Source: Gammaproteobacteria bacterium (lineage in GTDB: Bacteria; Pseudomonadota; Gammaproteobacteria; Enterobacterales; Kangiellaceae). Taken from it: a stretch of DNA of 53,696 nucleotides. Shown piece by piece: positions 29,251 to 39,036 of this stretch. A program made the position numbers and the translations under genes. Each line of letters begins with the position of its first letter. The stretch's first letter is position 1. The notes under the pieces are model-generated. The model was not told the DNA's origin, did not search any database, and worked only from the letters and a program-made list of their open reading frames with translations. Location: NCBI GenBank assembly GCA_030432465.1, contig JAUIHB010000001.1:1-53696 (forward strand), in the 5' to 3' direction.

Positions 29251-31674
29251 TTGCCCTGTATTAGAATGATTAAAAGCTTAGTGGATAACACACAACCTAA
29301 ACCAACCAATTCAGCGGTTATCAATCAAGACTTTATCATAAGTGTAGCAATCTCCGTTCCGCTACGGCGGATATTTGATTATGAATTATCAGCTAACACG
29401 GCCATAACTCCGCAAGTTGGTATGCGAGTTAAAGTACCATTTGGTCAATCCAGCAAAATAGGCATTATTCATCAAATCACAAGTACACAAGATTATAAGG
29501 CTAATCTGGCAGCGAGCAAGGAGTCACTTGCAAAGCCAGTCACTTCAGATCGTCCTGCCCAACAATCAAGCCTCGATTTATCCCACAACGACTCTCTTAA
29601 TGAATCCCACAGTAATGACCGGGTAGAACATCGACAGTCAACCACATTAAAAGCTATTTCACTCATCATTGATGAAAAACCATTATTACCAGCATCTTTA
29701 ATTAAACTTTATCAGTGGATTGCAAAGTATTATCACGCACCTTATGGTGAAATTTGGCAAACGATGCTACCTACGGCTTTACTAAAAGGCAAACCGACCG
29801 AATACACTCGCCCTAGCCGTTGGCAAATCACTCTGCTGGGTAAACAACAAATTACGCAAAATTTACTGGCAAAAAATGCGGTCAAACAAAAGCTTACCCT
29901 CGAACAACTAGCTTCAGCTTCTGAAGGCATCAGTCACGATCAAATCAATCAATTGAATATAACTTATAGCCAACTAAAGACTTTGGCTGGAAAAAAGTGG
30001 GTTGAGCGAATATACCCTAAAAATGAAGCTAAAATCAGCGAAAGTTCATTTAAGATTCCACCAAACATTCAGCTAAATACACAACAAAACTCCGCGATTG
30101 AAACTATTAAGCAATCATTGAATCAATACCAAACCTTTTTGTTATTTGGCGTAACTGCATCCGGTAAGACTGAAGTGTATCTGCGTTTAATACAAAATGT
30201 TTTACAGCAGGGTAAACAAGCTTTGGTGTTAGTACCTGAAATAGGATTAACCCCCCAAACACTTAAACGTTTTCAGGATCGTTTTGCGGTAGATATAGTA
30301 CTGCTACATTCTGGTATGAGTGAACAGCAACGACTGCAAAGCTGGTTGAAAGCCAGTAATAACGATGCTCAAATTATTATTGGCACGCGCTCTGCTTTAT
30401 TTGTACCGTTAAAATACCCCGGTATAATCATTATTGACGAAGAGCATGACTTGTCATTTAGACAACAACAGGGGTTTCGCTATTCGGCACGTGATGTTGC
30501 GATGGTACGGGCAAATTTAGAGCAAATTCCTGTGGTACTGGGAAGTGCCTCTCCATCAATTGAAACGATGATGAATGTGCAAAAAAATAAAGTCACACAA
30601 CTCAACTTAACTCAAAAAGCACAAAACTCAACAGCTTTAACTTACAAAGTTATCGATCTGAAAAAACAGGTATTAAATAATGGTTTATCCGTTGAATTAA
30701 TAAAAACCATTAAAACTCATTTAAATAATCAAGGCCAAGTTTTACTCTTTTTAAACCGTCGTGGATATGCTCCTGTTTTGCTCTGTCATGAGTGTGGCTG
30801 GAGTGCTAGCTGTACTCGCTGCGACACCCACTTTACCTATCATTTTCAAAACCATTATTTACAATGTCATCATTGTGGTTCTAACCGCCGCGCTCCTCAT
30901 CAATGCCCAACCTGTCAGTGTGATGAAATGGTTCCTATTGGGCTGGGTACCGAACGTTTACATGAGACAATCACGCAGTTATTTCCCGATCACCAGGTTG
31001 CCCGCATTGATAGAGACACGACTCGAAAAAAAATGGCTATGCAAGGTTTCGTTGAATCAATAAAAGCAGGGGACATTGATATACTGATTGGTACGCAAAT
31101 GCTTGCCAAAGGTCATCATTTTCCAAACGTTACTTTGGTTGCGCTGATAGATATGGATGGCGCACTCTATAGCGCAGACTTCCGGGCGCCAGAATATGCA
31201 GCTCAATTAATCACTCAAGTATCAGGGCGAGCTGGACGTGCAGATAAGCCCGGAGAGGTTCTTATCCAGACTCATCATGCTGAGCATTCAATGCTGCATC
31301 AAGTCATCCATGAAGGTTATACTGAATTCGCTCAATCAGCTATTCAAGAACGGGTTGAAGCAGAATTACCGCCCCACGCTTTTGCTGCAATGTTTCAAGC
31401 AGAATCACCTCAGTTACCTCAGGTTAAAAGCTTTCTGCAAGACGTTACCCAAATCCTTGACCGTTATAGTGATTTAAAAGTGGAATTATTAGGTCCCGCA
31501 CCTGCTCTTTATGTTAAAAAAGCAGGCAAATTCCGCTACCAGTTATTTTTGCAAACAACAAATCGCAATCAGTTACACCAGTTATTAGATTTAACCTTAA
31601 CCGATATCGAAAAGCTGAAAAGCGCTAGCAGGGTAAGATGGCGTTTAGAAGTTGATCCTGTGGGTGACTCATAA
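29251..31674 (+). CDS. priA: Primosomal protein N' (replication restart helicase)
   Basis: GVTASGKTEVY, LVPEIGLTPQ, DEEHD, LNRRGYAP, four CxxC pairs, GTQMLAKGHHFP, QVSGRAGR. True start may be slightly downstream (e.g. GTG at 29281). Confidence 0.96.
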   Translation: MPCIRMIKSLVDNTQPKPTNSAVINQDFIISVAISVPLRRIFDYELSANTAITPQVGMRVKVPFGQSSKIGIIHQITSTQDYKANLAASKESLAKPVTSDRPAQQSSLDLSHNDSLNESHSNDRVEHRQSTTLKAISLIIDEKPLLPASLIKLYQWIAKYYHAPYGEIWQTMLPTALLKGKPTEYTRPSRWQITLLGKQQITQNLLAKNAVKQKLTLEQLASASEGISHDQINQLNITYSQLKTLAGKKWVERIYPKNEAKISESSFKIPPNIQLNTQQNSAIETIKQSLNQYQTFLLFGVTASGKTEVYLRLIQNVLQQGKQALVLVPEIGLTPQTLKRFQDRFAVDIVLLHSGMSEQQRLQSWLKASNNDAQIIIGTRSALFVPLKYPGIIIIDEEHDLSFRQQQGFRYSARDVAMVRANLEQIPVVLGSASPSIETMMNVQKNKVTQLNLTQKAQNSTALTYKVIDLKKQVLNNGLSVELIKTIKTHLNNQGQVLLFLNRRGYAPVLLCHECGWSASCTRCDTHFTYHFQNHYLQCHHCGSNRRAPHQCPTCQCDEMVPIGLGTERLHETITQLFPDHQVARIDRDTTRKKMAMQGFVESIKAGDIDILIGTQMLAKGHHFPNVTLVALIDMDGALYSADFRAPEYAAQLITQVSGRAGRADKPGEVLIQTHHAEHSMLHQVIHEGYTEFAQSAIQERVEAELPPHAFAAMFQAESPQLPQVKSFLQDVTQILDRYSDLKVELLGPAPALYVKKAGKFRYQLFLQTTNRNQLHQLLDLTLTDIEKLKSASRVRWRLEVDPVGDS

Positions 31675-31744
31675 ACCACTTGAGCAACCCACAGCGGGGT
31701 GTTAATTAGTTGTACTGCTTGGTAAAAATACAGAATTCTGCCTT

Positions 31745-32533
31745 TTATTCTGCCGACAAAAAATCCTGCATGGAATAAAAACCCGGAGGCTGAGTCGCGA
31801 GCCAAATTGCAGCAGCAACCGCACCTTCTGCAAAACAGTGCCGATTTTGTGCCTTGTGCTCAATGCTGATTATTTCATTATCTAAAGCAAATAAAACCTT
31901 ATGCTCACCAATAATTTCACCAGCACGAATCACTGACATTCCTATTTCGCCAGATTTACGAATCCTTTTTTCAAAACGACTTTCCGTCACTTTCAGCTCA
32001 TCGAATTTTTCACCCATCGCTTCTGCAATAGTGTGTCCCATACGAATTGCAGTACCAGAAGGTGCATCTATTTTATGTTTATGATGTGCTTCAATGATCT
32101 CAATATCAGCTTTTTTACCAAGCATTTTTGCCGCCATTGCAAGCAATGCAAGAGTAGAGTTCACTCCAATGCTGGTATTAGGAGCCAGTAAAATAGGTAT
32201 TTTTTTAGCCGCTTGCTCCAGTTGCTCTGTCTGCGCTTTATCGAAACCAGTTGTCCCGATTAATACTGCTTTTTTATTTTGTACTGCTCGCTGAACCAAC
32301 TGCATTGTGGCCTCTGGCAAACTAAAGTCGATAACCACATCACTTTGTTTTAAGCCTGCACTCATATTACTGGTGTAATTAACATCTGTTGTGCGTACAG
32401 TTCGTCCCAACAGTCTATGCTCAGCCCGACAAATAGCCGCAACCAACTCAACTGACTGATGACTGATAACCTGAGTAATAACTTGCTGCCCCATTTTGCC
32501 TGAAGCAGCGTTAACCGCAATCTTAGTCGACAT
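31745..32533 (-). CDS. dapB: 4-hydroxy-tetrahydrodipicolinate reductase
   Basis: ASGKMG, VIDFS, IGTTG, EAHHKHKIDAPSGTA, FAEGA. Confidence 0.96.
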   Translation of the reverse strand: MSTKIAVNAASGKMGQQVITQVISHQSVELVAAICRAEHRLLGRTVRTTDVNYTSNMSAGLKQSDVVIDFSLPEATMQLVQRAVQNKKAVLIGTTGFDKAQTEQLEQAAKKIPILLAPNTSIGVNSTLALLAMAAKMLGKKADIEIIEAHHKHKIDAPSGTAIRMGHTIAEAMGEKFDELKVTESRFEKRIRKSGEIGMSVIRAGEIIGEHKVLFALDNEIISIEHKAQNRHCFAEGAVAAAIWLATQPPGFYSMQDFLSAE

Positions 32534-32538
32534 AATGC

Positions 32539-33591
32539 TTATCTTAAACTCTCGTTAATCGCTTCTAAAATTTCACTGCCTGGACATAAGTCAGACTCAT
32601 TCATAGTATTTAAAGGACGCTTTGATGTATTAATAATTTCATGCGTATTTTGCGAATCAGTATTTAAGTGCAGCAATCCAGTTAATACCTGTTGGTTTTG
32701 CTTTGCTTCTTCCAAAGCCGTTAACACAGACTCTCGACAAGTAATATCAAGAGAGCCGGGCTGGCGTTGTAGATTAATTGTTGTACCGTCATGCAATTGA
32801 ATGCTTTCAGTTAAGTTTTCCGGATTTTGTACTTTAATCTCTTGCTCATGAGGTACAAGATCAATAGTACCCGTTGCCTCTTTATGATCACGCACCCATT
32901 CGTAACTTTTGGTAGATGCAGGGTTATTATTAAAAGTCACACAAGGAGAAATACAGTCAATGAGTGCGAAGCCGTTGTGCTTTATGGCTCCTTTGATCAA
33001 AGGAACTAACTGGGACTTATCACCAGAAAAGCTACGTGCAACATAGCCAGAACCGAGAGATATTGCCAACTCACAAAGATCCATAGGCTCGTACATGTTG
33101 GGAACACCTTTTTTGCTCGCACTCCCTAAATCCGCGGTTGCAGAATCCTGACCTTTAGTTAAGCCATAAACGCCGTTATTCATCACAATATAAACCATAT
33201 TAACGTTTCGACGCACCAAATGCATAAACTGCCCCATCCCTATGGAGGCTGTATCGCCGTCACCAGAAACCCCGATGTAAGTTAAATCACGATTAGCCAT
33301 GTTGGCTCCAGTAGTCACGGAAGGCATACGGCCATGAACAGAGTTAAAACCATGAGAGTTAGCCAGAAAATAGGCAGGAGTTTTTGACGAACAACCTATT
33401 CCCGACATTTTTGCGATTTTATGTGGTTCAAGCGCCAACTCAAAACATGCATTAATAATTGAGTTACTGATAGAGTCATGGCCACAGCCTGCACATAAAG
33501 TTGATAGTGCACCTTCGTAATTGGCTTGTGTATAACCCAGTGAATTTTTTGCCGCTTCCGGGTGGCGGAAAGTTGATCGTAAATAACTCAT
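32539..33591 (-). CDS. 2-oxoacid:acceptor oxidoreductase beta subunit (TPP-binding, KorB-like)
   Basis: LCAGCGH, SGIGCS, HGR, GDGD...NNGVYGLTKGQ, SPCVTFN. Confidence 0.92.
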   Translation of the reverse strand: MSYLRSTFRHPEAAKNSLGYTQANYEGALSTLCAGCGHDSISNSIINACFELALEPHKIAKMSGIGCSSKTPAYFLANSHGFNSVHGRMPSVTTGANMANRDLTYIGVSGDGDTASIGMGQFMHLVRRNVNMVYIVMNNGVYGLTKGQDSATADLGSASKKGVPNMYEPMDLCELAISLGSGYVARSFSGDKSQLVPLIKGAIKHNGFALIDCISPCVTFNNNPASTKSYEWVRDHKEATGTIDLVPHEQEIKVQNPENLTESIQLHDGTTINLQRQPGSLDITCRESVLTALEEAKQNQQVLTGLLHLNTDSQNTHEIINTSKRPLNTMNESDLCPGSEILEAINESLR

Positions 33592-35456
33592 GCGACTACC
33601 TCTTTACTGCTATTTTTTGCACTATTGGCGGTGGTAAAAGGGCTAACTTGCTCACCATTGAGCATTCTCTCAATTTTTCGCTTAATTCGACGCGCCCGTA
33701 TTGGCATCCCATCAATGTTCAAAATAGAACGTAATTTTTGTGTATTAGCGTCTAGCTCATTCAGCAACAAAGTTCGCATTTGCGCATCTCTATTTTGCTC
33801 AATCACAAATACAGTGTCGTGTTGCTCAATGAACGCTTTAATATCTTCATGGAAGGGAAATGATTTGATACGGCAAGTATTAATTTTAATTCCCTCTTCC
33901 TGTAAACCATCCAGTGCTTCATAGCTGGCTTGTGCGCTCGTGCCGTAAAAAATAGCCGCAACTTTAGAGTTTTCGTCACGGTATTTAATTTGTGGTCTTG
34001 GAGCCAGATCTTTGGCGGTTTCCCATTTTTTAACCAGCCGCTCCATATTTTCTTCGTAGTCGCTACTATTTTCGGTATAAGCAGCATATTCATTATGCGA
34101 TGAACCACGCGTAAAATAAGAACCTTTAGTTGGGTGAGTCCCGGGGTAAGTTCGGTAACCAATTCCATCACCATCCACATCCTTATAACGTCCCCAGCGC
34201 TCCTGCATATTATCCAGATCTTCTTCAGACAAAACTTTACCACGATCATATGCTCTATTATCGTCCCATTTCAGTGGGCGACTCACATGGTCATTCATAC
34301 CTAAATCAAGGTCTGACATCAATAAAACGGGGGTTTGCAGTCTTTCAGCTAAGTCAAATGCCGCTGCCGTCATTTCAAAACATTCAGCAGGATCACAAGG
34401 GATCAATAATACGTGCTTGGTATCACCATGAGAGGCATAGGCTGCCGAAATAATGTCAGACTGCTGAGTCCGCGTTGGCATACCAGTACTCGGGCCGCTA
34501 CGTTGAACATCAACCAGCACTACTGGAATTTCCGCAAAATAAGCAAGACCTAAAAACTCACTCATTAATGATAACCCAGGACCAGATGTTGCGGTAAAAC
34601 CGCGTGCACCGTTCCAGTTTGCCCCGATAGCCATACCAATGGCGGCCAATTCGTCTTCAGCTTGCAGTATCGCGAACTTATTTTGACCTGTCTCTTTTTC
34701 GATGCGGAATTTTTTGGCGTATTTTTCAAACGCTTCAACGACTGAAGTCGAAGGTGTAATCGGATACCAACCAACAACAGTCGCTCCCGCATAAACAGCG
34801 CCTAACCCTGTCGCACTGTTACCGTCGATAATAATTGAATCGCCAATATTGTCGCGACGATTAACCTTTAAACCGCAAGTGTCTGTAAAGTGTTCTTTGG
34901 CATAGTTATAACCTAGTTCTAAAGCTTTAACATTTGGCGCAATCAATTTTTCTTTTTTAGCAAACTGATCTTTTACCATACCTGTTAAGACTTCAAACTC
35001 CATATCAAACAAATAAGCTAAAGATCCAACATATATAATATTTTTAAATAACTGGCGCTGACGCGGGTTATCATAATTATCAATACACATTTGGGTCAGA
35101 GGAATACCAATTTCGATAATATCATCCCGCTGAAAACTTCTTGGAAGTGCTTTAGTTGAATCATATAGAAAATAACCGCCCGGCATCAAAGTATCATAGT
35201 CTTCCTGCATAGTTTGGCCGTTAATCGCCACCACAAAATCAACGTCGCCACGACTGCCTAGATGGCCTTTTTCTGTCACTCGAACTTCAAACCAAGTTGG
35301 CAAGCCTTGAATGTTCGAAGGAAAAATATTTTTGGGACTAACTGGAACGCCCATGCGAAAGACTGCTTTGGAAAACATATTGTTAGCACTAGCCGAACCT
35401 GTACCATTAACGTTCGCAAAGCGAATTACAAAATCATTAACCGCTTCTATGCGCAT
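33588..35456 (-). CDS. 2-oxoacid:acceptor oxidoreductase alpha subunit (fused gamma-alpha, KorA-like)
   Basis: NGTGSASAN, YPITP, QAEDELAA, ATSGPG, QRSGPSTGMPT. Start moved to ATG at 35456 (MRIEAVNDF), overlapping the upstream stop. Confidence 0.92.
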   Translation of the reverse strand: MRIEAVNDFVIRFANVNGTGSASANNMFSKAVFRMGVPVSPKNIFPSNIQGLPTWFEVRVTEKGHLGSRGDVDFVVAINGQTMQEDYDTLMPGGYFLYDSTKALPRSFQRDDIIEIGIPLTQMCIDNYDNPRQRQLFKNIIYVGSLAYLFDMEFEVLTGMVKDQFAKKEKLIAPNVKALELGYNYAKEHFTDTCGLKVNRRDNIGDSIIIDGNSATGLGAVYAGATVVGWYPITPSTSVVEAFEKYAKKFRIEKETGQNKFAILQAEDELAAIGMAIGANWNGARGFTATSGPGLSLMSEFLGLAYFAEIPVVLVDVQRSGPSTGMPTRTQQSDIISAAYASHGDTKHVLLIPCDPAECFEMTAAAFDLAERLQTPVLLMSDLDLGMNDHVSRPLKWDDNRAYDRGKVLSEEDLDNMQERWGRYKDVDGDGIGYRTYPGTHPTKGSYFTRGSSHNEYAAYTENSSDYEENMERLVKKWETAKDLAPRPQIKYRDENSKVAAIFYGTSAQASYEALDGLQEEGIKINTCRIKSFPFHEDIKAFIEQHDTVFVIEQNRDAQMRTLLLNELDANTQKLRSILNIDGMPIRARRIKRKIERMLNGEQVSPFTTANSAKNSSKEVVA

Positions 35457-37231
35457 TCTTTGCCTGCCTTTGTAACTGAATAAGTAAATTTTTGCATGTC
35501 CCAAGCTGCTGTTGGGCAGCGCTCAGCGCATAATCCACAATGCAGACAGACATTTTCATCTTTAACCATGACTCTGGTGGTTTTTAACTCACCAGAAACA
35601 TATAAATCCTGATCTTTTTCGTTAGCAGGCGCTAACAAACGACCTCGTAAATCTTCCTCGTCACCATTTTCAAGAAAGTTGATGCAACTAGTTGGACAAA
35701 CATCTGCACAAGCATCACACTCAATACATAAGTCATCAGTAAATACAGTCTGTACATCACAATTTAAACAGCGCATAGCTTCTTCGTAACCCAAATTTTG
35801 ATCGAAGCCTTTCTCAACTTCTATCTTCAGGTTGGCTAATGCCGTTTCTTTATCAACATGAGGTACTAAATGACGCTTATCATGATCAATATGAGCATCG
35901 TAAGTCCATTCGTGGAACCCCATTTTTTGCGATAACAAATTAACTTGTGGATCCAGACGTTCGGCAACATCTTCGCCCTGACAAAATTTATGAATAGAAA
36001 TGGCTGCTTGGTGACCATGAGCAACTGCTGTAATGATATTTGAAGGACCAAATGCCGCATCACCGCCAAAAAATACTCGCTCATTAGTCGATTGAAAGGT
36101 GGTTTTATCCACAACAGGCATATCCCAATCGCCAAATTCGATGCCTATATCTCGCTCAATCCAAGGAAACGCATTGTCCTGACCGATAGCAATAATAACT
36201 TCATCAGCTTCCATGAAGACTAGATCTTCACCAGTTGGTACTAAACTACGCTTACCGTTTTCATCATATTCGGCACGTACTTTTTCAAATTTCATACCTT
36301 TAAGCTTGCCATTTTCAACAACAAACTCTTTTGGTGTATGGTTTTCAAAAATAGGAATACCTTCGCCCAAGGTATCTTCAATTTCCCACGGCGAAGCTTT
36401 CATGTCGGATTGTGGGCTACGCACAACAACACGTACATTTTCTCCTCCCAAACGACGCGAAGTACGACAACAATCCATAGCCGTATTACCACCGCCTAAA
36501 ACTAAGACATTTTTTGCAATTGATTTTGTATGCTCAAACGCTACGCTGTCCAACCAATTGATACCAATGTGAATATTGGCATCACCAGCCTGACGTCCCG
36601 GTAATTTTGCTAAATCTCTTCCATTAGGCGCACCAGAACCAATGAAAATTGCATCGTATTCTTTGTTATCAACTAATTTCTTTAAACTATCGACATAATG
36701 TTTAAAATGAGCCAGAACTCCCATATTTAAAATGTAGTTAACTTCTTCATTCAGCACTTCGATTGGTAAACGGAAAGAGGGGATCTGGTTACGCATAAAG
36801 CCACCACCAATATCCTGTTCATCGAAAAGCTCAACTTCATAGCCCAACGGCGCTAAATCTCGCGCAACAGTCAAAGAAGCAGGACCAGCCCCAATCAATG
36901 CGACTTTTTTACCATTTTTAGGTGCTATTTCTGGTAAGCGAGCACTAATATCATCTTTGTTATCAGCTGCAACACGTTTTAAACGACAGATCGCAACAGG
37001 TTCTTCTTCAACGCGGCCACGACGGCAAGCTGGTTCACAAGGGCGATCACAAACGCGCCCTAAAATACCAGGAAATACATTGGACTCCCAGTTGATCATA
37101 TAAGCATCATCATAACGCCCAGCGGCAATTAATCGAATATATTCTGGTACTGGTGTATGCGCAGGGCACGCATATTGGCAATCGACAACTTTATGAAAGT
37201 ATTCTGGGTCTTTAATTTCTGTTGGCTTCAC
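35447..37231 (-). CDS. GltD-like FAD/NAD(P)H oxidoreductase with C-terminal 2x[4Fe-4S] ferredoxin domain (KorC-like)
   Basis: CQYACP, GRVCDRPCEPAC, IGAGPA, GGGNTAMD, RCLNC, CIECDACADVCP, CLHCGLCAERCP. Start moved to GTG at 37231 (MKPTEI), preceded by GGGGGATTGGA. Confidence 0.9.
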   Translation of the reverse strand: MKPTEIKDPEYFHKVVDCQYACPAHTPVPEYIRLIAAGRYDDAYMINWESNVFPGILGRVCDRPCEPACRRGRVEEEPVAICRLKRVAADNKDDISARLPEIAPKNGKKVALIGAGPASLTVARDLAPLGYEVELFDEQDIGGGFMRNQIPSFRLPIEVLNEEVNYILNMGVLAHFKHYVDSLKKLVDNKEYDAIFIGSGAPNGRDLAKLPGRQAGDANIHIGINWLDSVAFEHTKSIAKNVLVLGGGNTAMDCCRTSRRLGGENVRVVVRSPQSDMKASPWEIEDTLGEGIPIFENHTPKEFVVENGKLKGMKFEKVRAEYDENGKRSLVPTGEDLVFMEADEVIIAIGQDNAFPWIERDIGIEFGDWDMPVVDKTTFQSTNERVFFGGDAAFGPSNIITAVAHGHQAAISIHKFCQGEDVAERLDPQVNLLSQKMGFHEWTYDAHIDHDKRHLVPHVDKETALANLKIEVEKGFDQNLGYEEAMRCLNCDVQTVFTDDLCIECDACADVCPTSCINFLENGDEEDLRGRLLAPANEKDQDLYVSGELKTTRVMVKDENVCLHCGLCAERCPTAAWDMQKFTYSVTKAGKECA

Positions 37232-37649
37232 TCCAATCCCCCGTTGATGTTTGTGAAGTGGCCAGCACATGTCCATGACAAGTACTGCGCATTAATCGAA
37301 TCATTTAATGTTATATTGAAGAATATAATAGGACTCTCAAAACTCACTTAAAAGTGTTACATATTCTTGTCAATCTTCATAGCTACAATGATAGATTAAA
37401 TAACCTAAAGTGAGCGGATTATACTGATTTTTACGACTTTGTACCGATCTTTTTGTATAAAAAAAAACCTTGTAGTGCGTTATATTCGATAAAATTCTGA
37501 TACACGCCAATTCATTTTCTCTAGATAAAAATGAATCGCATTTAGAGAGACTTTTTAGAGCTCAATTTGTAATCTGTATTACTCATTCTTATTTTTAAAT
37601 AATAAATACCTATCACATTTATTGTTAAGAGTTTGGTGACTACAATTTG

Positions 37650-38060
37650 TTATCTTTCAGCTTTTGATGCAATTGCATCATTTACTTTTCTTAACGCATT
37701 TTCGATGTCTCTTAATTGAGCCTCATCAAGATGAGAAAATTTAGTTTGCCAAAAATCTTCACTCTGTTTTTCAGCATCAGCTAATTGTTGGATCCCTTTT
37801 TGGGTAGGAACGATCCAGCGTTGTCGTGCATCGTCTTTTGATTGCGCTCTTATCACCAATGCCTGATTTTGCAGCTCATCGACCAATTTAGACATAGTCG
37901 GCATGGAAACCTGCTGAATATCACAGAGTTGTCTCAAGGTCATGGGATTATGTAGCTTGACTAATCGCAAGACTTCTAAGCGGGCTGAAGACATTGACGA
38001 ATTCTGTGCGAGAATATTTAAATAGCGGTTGAGCCGAAAAAGTTGTGAACGAATATCCAT
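37650..38060 (-). CDS. MarR family transcriptional regulator
   Basis: Winged-helix pattern VSMPTMSKLVDEL...LVIR...DDARQRWIVPTQKG. Confidence 0.9.
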   Translation of the reverse strand: MDIRSQLFRLNRYLNILAQNSSMSSARLEVLRLVKLHNPMTLRQLCDIQQVSMPTMSKLVDELQNQALVIRAQSKDDARQRWIVPTQKGIQQLADAEKQSEDFWQTKFSHLDEAQLRDIENALRKVNDAIASKAER

Positions 38061-38071
38061 AAACCAAATAC

Positions 38072-38084
38072 TTAGCTAGACTAA
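38072..38084. promoter_or_regulatory. Candidate MarR operator TTAG-N5-CTAA
   Basis: Palindrome TTAGCTAGACTAA 11 nt upstream of the marR start; related TAGCTGGCTA at 38097-38106. Confidence 0.45.
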
Positions 38085-38180
38085 ATAAATAAATTCTAGC
38101 TGGCTAAGCAGTCTCTAGTCAACAAGCATAATACCTCAAACCACTTGCAGTGTTTTTATTAAGTTAAATGTACAAATTTT

Positions 38181-38207
38181 GCGTCTTTTTCAGCACTTTC
38201 TCGTCTA
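38181..38207 (+). promoter_or_regulatory. Candidate ECF sigma promoter GCGTC-N16-CGTCTA
   Basis: ECF-type CGTC -10 element with 16-nt spacer, directly upstream of the peptide/ECF operon; ECF factors commonly autoregulate. Confidence 0.6.
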
Positions 38208-38241
38208 CTTATAAATTCACAATTAAATGGGAAATTATACT

Positions 38242-38424
38242 ATGTCAGAATTAGCCACTAAACAAAACACTCCAACCATAAACAACAACGATGCCAGTCT
38301 CCCCGCCGTAGAAGAAACAATATATAATTGTTGCTCTCAACAAAAACAGCTCAATTGTTGTCAACCGGAAGATAAAAATGAATGCTGCGAAAAACCGAAT
38401 AAAAATCGTCTCTGTAACTGTTAG
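38242..38424 (+). CDS. Cys-rich small protein (CC-X7-CC-X7-CC-X8-CxC), metallothionein-like
   Basis: 60 aa from ATG 38242 (GGGA RBS 9 nt upstream; alternative ATG 38227); 8 regularly spaced Cys; between the promoter and the sigma gene. Confidence 0.65.
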   Translation: MSELATKQNTPTINNNDASLPAVEETIYNCCSQQKQLNCCQPEDKNECCEKPNKNRLCNC

Positions 38425-38457
38425 CTCAAATAGCAATTCTTTTTTAAGCCATTTTTG

Positions 38458-39036
38458 ATGCAATCACTTTCAGAAAAAGTCTGGTTGGAGTTCCGTCAGG
38501 AACTTCAACACTTTTTATTGTCCAAAACAGGTGATAAAGAACTAGCAAACGATTTAGTACAGGAAACTTTAATCAGTGGTTATCAAGCAAAGAATGAATT
38601 GAAAAATATTCATAAGCTTAAATCTTGGTTATTTAAAATTGCCCAAAACAAGCTCATCGATCATTATCGTAAATTATCAAAAAATCAGACCATTTCTTTT
38701 GATTTGGCCTATCATGATAAAGGAGTGATTGATACAGATTCTTACAACTCGCTGATCGAATGTTTAGATTTTTTAATCCAAATGCTACCTACTCAAGAAA
38801 GACATATTTTACAACATTGCGATCTTGCTAATCGCCCGCAAAAAGTCGTCGCAGCCGAATTATCAATACCGCTATCAACCTTAAAAAGTAAAGTTCAACG
38901 CGCACGTAAAAAATTAAGAGACAAGCTATTTGCTTGTTGTCCAAGAAACCCCACACAACAAACAAGGATAAAAGACGCAGTGTGTACTACGTCTTCACAG
39001 TCAGACTGTCAATGTTCTGGTTTAAATTCTCACTAA
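38458..39036 (+). CDS. ECF sigma factor, SigZ-like, with Cys-rich C-terminal extension
   Basis: Region 2 DLVQETL...KSWLFKIAQNKLIDHYR; region 4 QKVVAAELSIPLSTLKSKVQRARKKL; tail ACC...C...CQC. Confidence 0.88.
   Translation: MQSLSEKVWLEFRQELQHFLLSKTGDKELANDLVQETLISGYQAKNELKNIHKLKSWLFKIAQNKLIDHYRKLSKNQTISFDLAYHDKGVIDTDSYNSLIECLDFLIQMLPTQERHILQHCDLANRPQKVVAAELSIPLSTLKSKVQRARKKLRDKLFACCPRNPTQQTRIKDAVCTTSSQSDCQCSGLNSH

Noticed and set aside
29280-29288. DnaA-box-like TTATCCACT on the minus strand
   Set aside because: Single site with one mismatch in or near coding sequence; expected by chance.
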